From Rebecca billardiae RCC1528 (lineage: Eukaryota > Protista > Haptophyta): a DNA stretch of 64,000 nucleotides. Within the stretch, counting starts at the first letter, position 1. Every line of letters starts with the position of its first letter. A model generated the notes under the pieces. It ran no database searches, had not been told where the DNA came from, and saw only the letters and a list, made by a program, of their open reading frames with translations. Below, piece after piece: positions 22,115 to 32,222 of this stretch. The stretch covers positions 3,162,001 through 3,226,000 of the forward strand of contig OZ251227.1 in NCBI GenBank assembly GCA_965240325.2. Direction: 5' to 3'. Made by a program: the position numbers and the translations under genes.

Positions 22115-23016
22115 GCGCTTGGCGCGCGCGCGGCGCGGCGCGCTGCGGCCGTCGAGTTGCCATGCGAAGGCGGCGCGTTGCGTGCGTGGCATCGGAACGC
22201 TGCCGTGCTCCGCATTGCGCCCCGCAGCTCGCTCCTCGTCGACTTTGCTGCGCCTACGATCAGCGCGCACGCGAGCGTCGCCTCGGAATGAGCAGCCCGC
22301 GCCGGCCTCAGCCGTGAGCACCCGCCTGGCGCGCGATGCGATCAACTCGGAGCACGAGCTGCGGCTGAGCGAGGAAGCATGTGCCTGCGCGCAAGCCGCG
22401 CCGCCTTGAGACATCGATCGTGCGCGTTGATGCAGCTTCAGACGGCTGTCGACGAATGCCCATCAGCCTGCACGAGCCTTGCATGCAGTGGAGATGAAAC
22501 AACAGACCGTGAGCGCCCTGAAGCGATGAATAGGAGTCTTCGGGTTGCGTGTGCGCGCAGTGACTCGTGTACATCCATGCATCGCCTGCGCGCGTGGCTG
22601 CCGTCATGCCTTGCTTAAGTAGTTGCTCTGATAAGGAGTCCTTTCAAGGACACCGCGACAATGCGCAAGGGCAAGAAGAATAGTTGCGTGCAAGGTGCGT
22701 GCCCTGCTCACGATCGGTGTCTCAAGGCGGCGCGGCTTGCGCGCAGGCACATGCTTCCTCGCCCAGCCGCAGCTCGTGCCCCGAGTTGATCGCATCGCGC
22801 GCCAGGCGGGCGCTCACGGCTGAGGCCGGCGCGGGCTGCTCATTCCGAGGCGACGCTGGCGTGCGCGCTGATCGTAGGCGCAGCAAAGTCGACGAGGAGC
22901 GAGCTGCGGGGCGCAATGCGGAGCACGGCAGCGTTCCGATGCCACGCACGCAACGCGCCGCCTTCGCATGGCAACTCGACGGCCGCAGCGCGCCGCGCCG
23001 CGCGCGCGCCAAGCGC
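22115..23016. repeat. Long inverted repeat (arms ~22115-22425 and ~22706-23016), foldback-like
   Basis: Arms of about 310 bp are near-perfect reverse complements around a ~280-bp spacer. The ORF track shows mirrored peptides. No TSD seen. Confidence 0.9.
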
Positions 23017-24004
23017 TGTTGCGCCGCAGTCCGGGTTGGCGGCCGCCACTGCCGCAGCGCCAGTCCGGAAGGCAAAGCCCCCGCAGCGGGGGCTTTGCTT
23101 TTCAGGAGCGTGTGGCAGGATCCCGGGAACGCCCTTGTTCGCCTATGGTAGTGCGCGCCTGATGAAGCATTTTGATTGAAGCATTTTAACCGTCCGGACG
23201 ACCGCTAACGAGTCCAACCGCCATTCCGCCAACAAACATTTGAGTCCGGTGTCCGGCGCCTCTCCAGTCTCCTCTCGCCTGACGGCCTGAGCTACATACG
23301 GTATGCCTACGGCCCTTGCATATGCGTCTATCAGACTGATCTTTCTTAGTACGAGGCTGTTCAGTACTGACTAGGCTGTAGGCTGCTCCCACGGCTTCTG
23401 ACGTACGATTATCACAAGGCTCAGGCACGAACCGTCGTCACGAAGGTCCGAGCACCGCGCTCCATGAACCGATCGACAGTAGTACTGTCTGATGAGTAGT
23501 CGTCAATACAGTTGTACTAGTACTACTACTAGTGGACTACTCGAGGCTGTCGCCGTTCGGCAGTCGCGGCGAGCTTATTCCGCGCCAATAGTCATTATAT
23601 TAAATTCAGCAGATCGATTAATAATGCGCGCTGAGACTCTAGCTGTCTCGATCATCAGGCCAAGCCTGAGTTCATTCACTCGTCCGAGTCACGTCGGAGT
23701 GGCGACACAACTGGCGCAGCTGAGTAGTCACGAGTGGCAGCGTGGCGGAAGGCCCGCCTGGAAGGGCTGGCCACCGAACTCTACAAGTACAAGTCACCCG
23801 GGGCCCACCGGGTCGCGGGCAGTGTCACACGTTCACAAGACACAAGCTGATGAGGCAGTGGCTTACGAGGTTCGGCTGCTGCCAACCAACTACCAAGGGC
23901 AAGTACCGACCAGTATAACGACAACTACGTCAACGGTCAGGCGAGCAACCGCCAATGGTCGTCGGCGGAGCAGTCCGCCGTTACTCGTTAGGTCTGTCTC
24001 AAAG

Positions 24005-26236
24005 TCACCCGACCGGCCCCGCCGGCACGTCGCCCGCGAGCTCGCTCAGCGTGGGCGGGCGCTCGCGCAGCGCGGGGCGCAGGTTGCGCGTGAAGCCGAC
24101 CGGGGCGTCCGGTTCGGCGGTCGTCTCGAACGAGAAGTGCAGCAGCGCGCGCTCGTCGTGTTCGCTCGCGTTCGCGCCGCCCGCGTGCATCACGCGCGTG
24201 TCGAGCAGCAGCGCGTCGCCCGCGCGCAGCGTGGCCTGCACGGGCGCGTGCGCCTCGTAGTACCCGTCCACCGGCCCGAGCATCCGCGGCTTGTAGAACT
24301 CGCAGAAGTACGCCGAGTGCGTACCCGGCCAGAGAAGCGTCGGCCCCATACGAGGGTCGACATCCTGAAGCGCGACGAACGTCGTGTAGATGCGGCGCGC
24401 GCTCTCGCAGAAGTCCACGTCGGCGTGGATCGTCTGACGCTCGGCGCCAGGGTGCGAGGTGATCACGCCCAGCTCGACGAGCGGCGCCTCGGGTGGCAGC
24501 AGGGCGCGGTACACCTCGGCGTACGCGCCGCGCAGCACGGCGCGCAGCGCGCGCCGCACGCGCCTGCCCACGTCGTCGTCGTCGCCGCGCGCCGCCGCCG
24601 CCGCCGCCGCCGGCTCGGCGTCCGCGGACGCGCTCGCGTCGTCGTCGTCGTCATGCGCGGCGTCGCGCGCGAGCGGCAGGTGCAGGTCATGCCGCCGCGC
24701 GCGCGTGTTCACGCGCGCGAACGGGCTCTCGCCGCCCGCGAGCGCGCCGCTCGCCTCCGCCGCCAGCGCCGCCTCGAGCTCGCGCGCGAGCGCGGCGCGC
24801 AGCGCGCCCGCGCTCGCTGGCGTCAACGCGCCATGCAGTATGACGAAACCGTCGTCCTCGAGGCGCTCGAGGCAGAGCGCGCACGAGGGCGGCGGCGCGA
24901 GCGGCGCGCACGCGAGCGGCGGCGGCTCGGCCGCCCAGCACGCCGCCGCGCCCGACGCGTACTCCTCGTACGGCACGGCCAGCTGCGAGTGCGGCAGCAG
25001 CGCCGCGCACGTGCCCGCGTCCTCGTCAATGTCGCACTCGGCGAGCGCGGCGGCGACCCCCGCGGCCGCGCCGTCGCGCAGGCCCATCGTGCGCAGGTCG
25101 GCGAGGGCACGCTCGGCGTTGTGCTCGTCGACGAAGTTGCCCGCGTAGCTCACCGCCGCCGTCAGGTTCTCCACGTGGTGCGGCGTGCCGGCCGGCACGA
25201 AAAGCACCTCACCCGCCCGCACCGTCAGCACGCACCGGCGCGCGGCGCTGCGCTCGAGCTCGCGGAGCGGTGGGAACGAGGGCGCGAGCACGCCCGGCCG
25301 CCAGCGGGGCGCGAGCAGGTGCAGGTCGTCCGGGTGGAAGAGGGTCCAGCGCTTCGCGCCGGAGACCATCACCATCCAGAAGTGCGTGCTCGCCTGGTCC
25401 ACGTGCAGCTCAGAGGCGGTGCCGGCCGCGCCGACAAACAGCGACGGCCACGCGCCGCGCCACGCGTGCGGCGCGCGCGTGCGCGCGAGATGGTCGTGCG
25501 CAAAGTAGCGCGGGATGCGCAGCTGCTCGAGCAGGCCGGGCAGCGAGCGCGGAATGGACACGTCGTACAGGTATAGGCCCTCACCCGCGCCGCCTTCGCC
25601 GCCGACGTCACCGCCGCCGCCGTCGCCGCCGCCTCCGACGGCCGACCACAGCTCGCCAACCGTCATGAGCCGGCGGGCCGGCTGGGCGTCGCGGTGCGTG
25701 GAGCGCTCGGCGACGGGCACGACCTTGCTCGCGATGCACGCCAGCCACTCGCCGGCGCCGCCCGGGTGCACCAGGTCCGAACCCAGTCCGGTGATCACCG
25801 CCGGGCGCGCCGGTCTCACAAACTCCGAACGAAAGCGCGCGAGCGAGAGCTCACTCGCGCGCAGCCGGGCGACCTCGAACGGGCGGGCAGCGGCGTCGGC
25901 CGCGCGGGCACACGCAACCGCGCGCGCCACGCGCGCGCGCTCGAACTCGACCGCGTCGCTCGGCGCGGCCGACGAGCCGAAGCGGCGCAGCAGCGCGTGC
26001 GCGCCCTCCAGATTCCCGTCCGCCTCGCGCGCGAGCGCGAGGAGGAGGAGGAGGTCGGGCTCGTCGTCGTCGACGCGTCGGCCGCTGGCGAGGGCGGCCT
26101 CGAGCCGCGCGACGAGCGCGGGGACCGCGCCCGCCGCCTCGTCTGCGCGCTCGTCCGACGCGGCGGGCCGCGTCCAGGCCAGCGCGCGGCGCGCGAGCTC
26201 GTCGTGCATCGTGTGTCCGGGCGCAAACAGGGGCAT
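24005..26236 (-). CDS. JmjC (cupin_8) + PhyH-like Fe(II)/2OG dioxygenase fusion
   Basis: JmjC motifs: PAVITG, LHVD..KRWTLF, GEVLFVPAG.PHHVENL, GNFV. PhyH motifs: LEDDGFVIL, QTIHAD, FVALQD...MGPT, AGDALLLD.RVMHAGGAN, R.LLHFSF. An alternative start lies at 26209. Confidence 0.85.
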   Translation of the reverse strand: MPLFAPGHTMHDELARRALAWTRPAASDERADEAAGAVPALVARLEAALASGRRVDDDEPDLLLLLALAREADGNLEGAHALLRRFGSSAAPSDAVEFERARVARAVACARAADAAARPFEVARLRASELSLARFRSEFVRPARPAVITGLGSDLVHPGGAGEWLACIASKVVPVAERSTHRDAQPARRLMTVGELWSAVGGGGDGGGGDVGGEGGAGEGLYLYDVSIPRSLPGLLEQLRIPRYFAHDHLARTRAPHAWRGAWPSLFVGAAGTASELHVDQASTHFWMVMVSGAKRWTLFHPDDLHLLAPRWRPGVLAPSFPPLRELERSAARRCVLTVRAGEVLFVPAGTPHHVENLTAAVSYAGNFVDEHNAERALADLRTMGLRDGAAAGVAAALAECDIDEDAGTCAALLPHSQLAVPYEEYASGAAACWAAEPPPLACAPLAPPPSCALCLERLEDDGFVILHGALTPASAGALRAALARELEAALAAEASGALAGGESPFARVNTRARRHDLHLPLARDAAHDDDDDASASADAEPAAAAAAARGDDDDVGRRVRRALRAVLRGAYAEVYRALLPPEAPLVELGVITSHPGAERQTIHADVDFCESARRIYTTFVALQDVDPRMGPTLLWPGTHSAYFCEFYKPRMLGPVDGYYEAHAPVQATLRAGDALLLDTRVMHAGGANASEHDERALLHFSFETTAEPDAPVGFTRNLRPALRERPPTLSELAGDVPAGPVG

Positions 26237-26318
26237 GCATTTCCGCCTTCGCCCTTCCGGCCACGGCGCCCACGTTCTCGGCGCACATTGACATGCAGCA
26301 CACTCGGATGATGCGCAA

Positions 26319-28196
26319 ATGATGGCCGCGCCGTTCCCGCAAGCCGCCCTGCTGCTCGTGGCCGCGCTGCTCGTGCGCGCGCCCGCGGCGCAGCCCGTCG
26401 TAGGCGCGTACGATCGCGTGTGCGGCACTCGGGACCGCGCCCTAGTGCACCTGCTCGACCTCCCCACCTTCTGGATCAATCTGGACACGCGGCCGACGCA
26501 GCGCCGGTGGATGGAGATGCATCTGCGCGCGCGCCTCGCGACCGGCGTGTGCGCGACGCGGGTGCCGGCGGTGCCGACGTCGGCTTTGCGGCAGGTGCTG
26601 CACGGACACGTGGGCGAGCGCCTCGCCGAGATCGTCGAGCACGCCATCATGGCCTCGCACCTCAAGGCGGCGCGCGTCGCGCTCGCCGCCGAGCCAGCCG
26701 CGCCCGGATTCGTCATTCTGGAGGACGACGTCGACTTCGCGCCGCTCGCGCACTTCCACGGGCTGCTCCGCGCCGCGTCGGCGGCGGGCCCGCTGCCGGA
26801 GCCACGGCTGCACACGCGCGCCGGCAGCTCGCTGCGCGCGCTGCTGCCCAGCCTGCGCGCTGATTGGGCGATCGTGCAGCTCGAAGCAAAATGCACGCAC
26901 ATGCGGTGGACTGAGCTGGAGCGCACGTGGTGGGCGCAGGGCCTGCCGCCCGCGCTGGACAAGGAGCACCTGATGCTGCGCGCGCCGAGCGGCGCGCCCT
27001 GCGCCATGAGCGCCATGCCCTGGTCCACGACGGCGTACGTGCTCTCGCCGCGCGCCGCGCGCGAGCTCGTCGAGCGCCGCTGGCCGGTCACACTGGACAG
27101 CTCGGCGCCCGGGGGCGTGCGGATCCACGTGGAGCGCTCGTGCTACCACCCGCGCTTCAAGTGGAAGAAGGAGTGCAGCGAGCGCAGGTTCCGCGCCGCG
27201 CAGGAGCAGCTGGGCGGCGCGAACCGCACCATCTGGCATGCGGACTGGTGCCTCGTCAACTCTGTGCTCTTCGGCCCGCCGCTCACCGCGGCCGCGCTGC
27301 ACCGCACGCAGGTGCAGGCGCGCTTGCTGGCGCGCGAGGAGCGTTTAGCGCAGGCGCGCGCCAACGCGCCAGGCGGCGGCGGGCCGCACGGGGCGCAGCC
27401 GCAGGCGCGCTTGCACGCGCGCGCCAACGCGCCAGGCGGCAGCGTCGCGCCGCCGCCTGTGTCCGGCTCAGGCTGGCGCGAGTACGTGGCCATGCCGCCC
27501 TGGTTCACAGAGTGCTCGGCGCTTGGAGAGCCCGGCGGTGCGCACGCGACCAACCCGACTTCGGTGAAGCACCACTGCTGGGCGAAAATCGGCGCGTTCG
27601 CTTTTTACCGCCGCCTCTGCGTGCTCATGCACGGCATGACCGCGGCCACGAACAAGTCGGACGTCAACGCGATCATCCAACACTCCTGCGGCCAGCGGAG
27701 CCCGCTCCAGATGCTAAATAGCTTCCTTGGAGCGTACATGCACGACGGCCTCGTGATCACGCGGACGCTGCGGCCCCCGGCGCCGCGCCTCGGCCTCGTG
27801 GTCTTGCCGGCCCACGTGAAGGAGAAGCTGTATCGCGACAGCAAGCAGCGGGGCTGCGTGCGCCCCACGACACTGTACGACGCGGTCGGGAAGTACCTGA
27901 ATGGCAGCAGCTCGATGAGCGTGCACTCGGCGTGCAGGCTGCCGCCATACGACATCCCGAAACGGGCCGTGAAGGCCCGAGCGCCGTTGAAGACGACCGA
28001 TCCGACCGTCGGAGTGATCAACGTGAGGGTCACGCAGCCAGAGCCGCAGCCGCTGGCTGGCGAGCGCGCGGCCTCTGCTGTCGTCGGACTCGGAGCGCGC
28101 CGCCCCGAGTCTGGGCGCGGTGCCTCTGGCGGCGGCGGCGAGCGCGGAGGGACGGGCGAGCACAAGGGCGCCGGAGACGCGCGCGCGGCCGGCTGA
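26319..28196 (+). CDS. Glycosyltransferase family 25-like, with signal peptide/anchor
   Basis: Hydrophobic N-terminus, FWINLD...RR..M, ASHLKA, VILEDDV, and STTAYVLS..AARELV. Confidence 0.72.
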   Translation: MMAAPFPQAALLLVAALLVRAPAAQPVVGAYDRVCGTRDRALVHLLDLPTFWINLDTRPTQRRWMEMHLRARLATGVCATRVPAVPTSALRQVLHGHVGERLAEIVEHAIMASHLKAARVALAAEPAAPGFVILEDDVDFAPLAHFHGLLRAASAAGPLPEPRLHTRAGSSLRALLPSLRADWAIVQLEAKCTHMRWTELERTWWAQGLPPALDKEHLMLRAPSGAPCAMSAMPWSTTAYVLSPRAARELVERRWPVTLDSSAPGGVRIHVERSCYHPRFKWKKECSERRFRAAQEQLGGANRTIWHADWCLVNSVLFGPPLTAAALHRTQVQARLLAREERLAQARANAPGGGGPHGAQPQARLHARANAPGGSVAPPPVSGSGWREYVAMPPWFTECSALGEPGGAHATNPTSVKHHCWAKIGAFAFYRRLCVLMHGMTAATNKSDVNAIIQHSCGQRSPLQMLNSFLGAYMHDGLVITRTLRPPAPRLGLVVLPAHVKEKLYRDSKQRGCVRPTTLYDAVGKYLNGSSSMSVHSACRLPPYDIPKRAVKARAPLKTTDPTVGVINVRVTQPEPQPLAGERAASAVVGLGARRPESGRGASGGGGERGGTGEHKGAGDARAAG

Positions 28197-28682
28197 GCGC
28201 GCGCCGAATCAGCAGGCGACGCGCCGCAGCGCGCGCGGCGGCAGCAGCATCATGATCGTCACGCCGCCGTCGCCGTCGGCGGCGCGAAATTCGTCGTCTA
28301 CGCTCTGACATAGTACGTCTGATGACTACCGCGTTATTCATCGACATCGCCTCATCGGATTCAGATGGGCCGGACCGCTACCCGGTGACTCCGACGACGC
28401 CGACTGCTGTTGCGAAGCCGAATGACTGCTGACGAATAAGATCATATCGTCATCAATATAATCGCGATGATCATACACGACTCATACGTACAGCATAGTC
28501 GTAGTGCGCTTTGCTGATCGCGTCAGTCGTCTGAATCAACAGTCGTGACGCCGCGCGTCGCGCGGGCCTCGTCGTCCGATAAGCACGACTCGACTGCGGA
28601 CTGATCATCATCTGCTGCGCTGACTTCGTTCTGCTCGGCGGATCCCAGATGACGACGCAACGACACATCATACATCATATCT

Positions 28683-30128
28683 TCACAAGGTTTGAGACAC
28701 GCTCGGCGGCGCGACCGCGAAGCGCGCGTGGCGCCTGCCGCTGTCGACGGCGCCGCCGCCGTCGGCACCGGTACTCCGCTGCGACGAGCCGCCGGATTCA
28801 TCGGCATCGGAGGCCTCGGCCGGGGCGCTTGGGTCGTGGCGCGGCAGCAGCGGCGCGCGCATGCGCGCCTCGCGCCGCGCCGCGCGCGCGCGCCTCGCCG
28901 CGCGCAGCGCGAGCAGCGCGCAGAAGAGGACAGCCAGCGCCGCGTTCGGCGCGAGCAGGCCGTAGACCAAGGCGACCGGACCGTGCCGGCTCATCAGCAG
29001 CCCGATGGCCCACGGCGCAAAGTTGGCGCCGGCGTTGATGCCGAGGGAGAGGATGGACATCGCCACGCCGCTGGGCACGGCGTGCGACGAGTAGAGCGCG
29101 CTGCAGAACCCCACCGCCGGCGCGGCGAAGAAGCCGTAGCACGCGATCGCGACGTACCCCGCTATTACTGACTCCAGTGTCGTCAGCCATAGGACGACGC
29201 TTCCGACGGCGAGCACAAGGTGCGCGCTCGTGAGGCGGAGGAGGTCGAAGCGGTGCTGGAAGTGCGCGACGACGAGGCAGCCCACGGTGGACGCGCCCTG
29301 GAACGCCGACATCAGCATCGGCGCGTGCCGCCCCTGCGACCACTCGAGCGTGCCGAACGAGACCACCCAACCGGTGAGACCAGCGATGGAGCCCTGCAGA
29401 AGCGCCTGAGCGCACGCGATCGCGATCGCGAGCGCGATGGCGCGCGAGCCCGAGGCGCGGCGCGGCGCGAGGTGGGCGCCGCCCGCTGGCGCCGCCCCGG
29501 CAGCGCGGCCCCTCGCGCCGCGCGCACCCGGCGGCGGCGAGGCCATCGGCCGGAGCGGTGCCTCGGACACCCACAGAAGGGCGAGCGCGGGCGCGGCCGC
29601 CGCCGACACGAGCAGGTACTGCGCGGGCAGCGAGGTGCGCACGGGCGCGAGGAGGAAGGGCAGCGTGGCGGCGGAGATGCCGAAGGCTGCCGCCGCTCGC
29701 GAGAACACCGGGCCCACGTCGCCGCCGGGGAACGCCCAGCACGCGCTCGTGCTCGTGCAGACGACAAGCGCCGAGCCCGCGAGGCCGACGACAAAGAAGA
29801 CGGCCGTGAGCGCGGTGCAGGTGGTCGCGAGCGGCACGCTGGCGACGGCGGCAGCGGAGAGGCCGATGAAGCCGCCCACCACCTGCTTGATCGGCAGGCG
29901 GTCGCACAGCACGCCGCCGAGCAGCGTGCCCGTGAGCGCGCCCACGCCGCGGCCCACGAACAAGGATCGCACGTCGGTCAGGCTGGCGGCGCGGGTGTGT
30001 CGCGCGAGCTGCTCGAGCGTGAGGCCGACGACCGTGACAGTGAGCGCGACGTAGCTGATCGCCGCGTACGTCGTCCACGCGCGCACGCGGCTGCGCATGC
30101 TCAGCATGCGCGGCCGTGACACGGGCAT
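28683..30128 (-). CDS. MFS transporter (MFSD4/FucP-like)
   Basis: About 12 hydrophobic segments in two halves, with GTLLGGVLCDRL matching MFS motif A. The start could be 30257. Confidence 0.8.
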   Translation of the reverse strand: MPVSRPRMLSMRSRVRAWTTYAAISYVALTVTVVGLTLEQLARHTRAASLTDVRSLFVGRGVGALTGTLLGGVLCDRLPIKQVVGGFIGLSAAAVASVPLATTCTALTAVFFVVGLAGSALVVCTSTSACWAFPGGDVGPVFSRAAAAFGISAATLPFLLAPVRTSLPAQYLLVSAAAAPALALLWVSEAPLRPMASPPPGARGARGRAAGAAPAGGAHLAPRRASGSRAIALAIAIACAQALLQGSIAGLTGWVVSFGTLEWSQGRHAPMLMSAFQGASTVGCLVVAHFQHRFDLLRLTSAHLVLAVGSVVLWLTTLESVIAGYVAIACYGFFAAPAVGFCSALYSSHAVPSGVAMSILSLGINAGANFAPWAIGLLMSRHGPVALVYGLLAPNAALAVLFCALLALRAARRARAARREARMRAPLLPRHDPSAPAEASDADESGGSSQRSTGADGGGAVDSGRRHARFAVAPPSVSQTL

Positions 30129-30745
30129 TGCTGCTGCTTGCGCCCGGCCGTGCACGCGCCGGTTCCGCCCGATCGTTTTGCTTTGCCGAAGACTTCCGCT
30201 GCGACGCGCCCGTGATTCGTCATTCTCGTCAGCGAACGTCGTAGTTATTTTGCGCATCTTTGATCAGAATCTCGTGGAGCCAGCGGTGCAATAAAAATAG
30301 TTGACGGTCCGCCCTCGTCGGCCAGTTGAACGGCCAGTTGAACAGACGCGGTAGTCCCAGGCGGTCGCCCGGGTACCAACGGTGGATGGACACATATCGT
30401 CTACCATACGTTACTGCAACATGTTACGGATGTGAAGCCTGAACGGTAGGTACATGTAGTCACACTCTGCGCGGTCCGGCGGCCGCGTGGCCGTGCGGCG
30501 TGCCGCCACTCGCGCTGCGACGATGTCGGTGGCCGCCCGGCGCCGCCCGAGCCGACCGCTCCCCGGCACGAGGCGCCTAGCGGCCCCATCACAGCTAGGC
30601 ATGCTAGGCTGCTACGGGGCGCGGACCTTCGCCCGCCCCGCGGCGCGCTGCGCCCCGCGTGTCCTCCGCCCCGGCTCGCGCCGCGATGCGGTGGCGGCCG
30701 CACTCGCGCCGTACGCAGCCGAGCCGCGCGCCGCGCGCTCAGCGC

Positions 30746-31838
30746 TCAGAGGTCCTCGTCCTCGTCGGGCAGCGGCACGGCGCTGACCTCCTGCAGCTCC
30801 TTCTCGTACTGCGCGATCTGGTTCGGATCGACCGCGATCTCTGGGGGCTTGAGCGCAGGTGACTCGACAAAGGCCAGGTTGGGGTCGCTGCGCGCCAAGA
30901 GAGAGTGCAGGCGTGTCGCGCGTCGCGTGGTCAGCGGCGGCGGCGGCGGCGCGCGTGAGCGCCGAGCCCGCGGCGCGCGGCGGCGGCGCGGCGCGCGGGG
31001 GGCGGCGCGTGTCGCGCACCCGACGAGCTTGCGCGCGAGCCAGAGGAACGGCTTCTCAAAATTATAGTTGGATTTGGCCGAGATGTCATAGTACTGCAGG
31101 TTCTTCTTACGGTGGAAGGTGATCTGCTTCGCCTTCACCTTGCGCTCTTTCACGTCCACCTTGTTGCCCACGAGCACGATCGGGATCGCCTCGCACACGC
31201 GCACCAGGTCGCGGTGCCAGTTGGGCACGTTTTTGTACGTGATGCGCGACGTGACGTCGAACATGATGATCGCGCATTGCCCCTGGATGTAGTACCCATC
31301 GCGCAGCCCGCCGAATTTCTCCTGGCCGGCGGTGTCCCACACGTTGAAGACGATCTGTCCGCGGTTCGTGTGGAACGCGAGCGGGTGCACCTCCACGCCG
31401 AGCGTCGCTGCGCGCCACACCGGCCGCGGCGCGCGCGCGCGTCAGCGGCGGATGCGAGCGCGCGGCGCGCGGCGCGCGGGCGAGCGGCCGCGCGCGCGGC
31501 GCGCACCGACATAGCGCTTCTCGAACTCGCCGGTCAGGTGGCGCTTCACAAATGTCGTCTTACCCACACCGCCATCGCCGACAAGCACCAGCTTGAACGT
31601 CGGCACCGTCTGCGCCTGCGCATGTGCGCGGCGTGGGCGGCCGGGCCGACGCGGGCGCGGGCGCACGCGCGCGCGCGCGGAGGCGGGCGGGCGCGGCGGC
31701 GCGGCGGCGAGACGAGCGCGGGTGAGCGCGATGCACGGACCGTGCGAGCCCGCGCGGCGCGGCCGTGCGCGCGCCGGCAGCCCTCCGGCCGCGCGCGGGC
31801 CGCGGCGCGCGGCGCGCGGCGGAGGGCTTAGCTACCAT
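30746..31838 (-). CDS. RAN: Ran GTPase; exons 31838-31836, 31615-31507, 31407-31020, 30887-30746
   Basis: [62 protein letters not shown] and acidic tail DEDEDL. GT-AG introns restore the frame. The first micro-exon is tentative. Confidence 0.97.
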
Positions 31839-32222
31839 GGCTGCCCGTGCACGCACGCGCGCGCAGCGTCAAGCGCGCTGTTCTCAAGCGTGCCACCCGT
31901 CGAGACGCACGCACTGAGCACCGGACGCGTCCGGCGTGGAGCGTGGCGCGCGACAGGCCGACAGCCGGCAGTCTGCAGACCCGGACCTACGCCCCTCGGC
32001 CGGGGGGTTGGTCCGGTACGGTCCGGCTGCAGAGTGCGACAGCCGGCTCAAAAACAAGGAAACTGGAATTCATGAAAAACGGGTTCGACTTTTCATCGCG
32101 CGACTGGGACGACAGTTTTTCATTTTCGGCAAAGCTCAAAAAAAGCCAGAGCAACGCCGGCCATTGCCCGAAACGAACGCCCCAGCGGGTGGGGTGAGGG
32201 CGCGCGCCTCCAGGGCCAGGCC

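Noticed and set aside
23492-25576. 694-aa plus-strand ORF and the many other long antisense/alternate-frame ORFs
   Set aside because: These are Arg/Ala/Pro-rich shadow ORFs caused by very high GC, overlapping genes that have clear domain motifs.
26237-27091. N-terminal extension of the JmjC ORF overlapping GT25
   Set aside because: It is antisense shadow of the GT25 gene. ATGs at 26236 or 26209 are more plausible starts.
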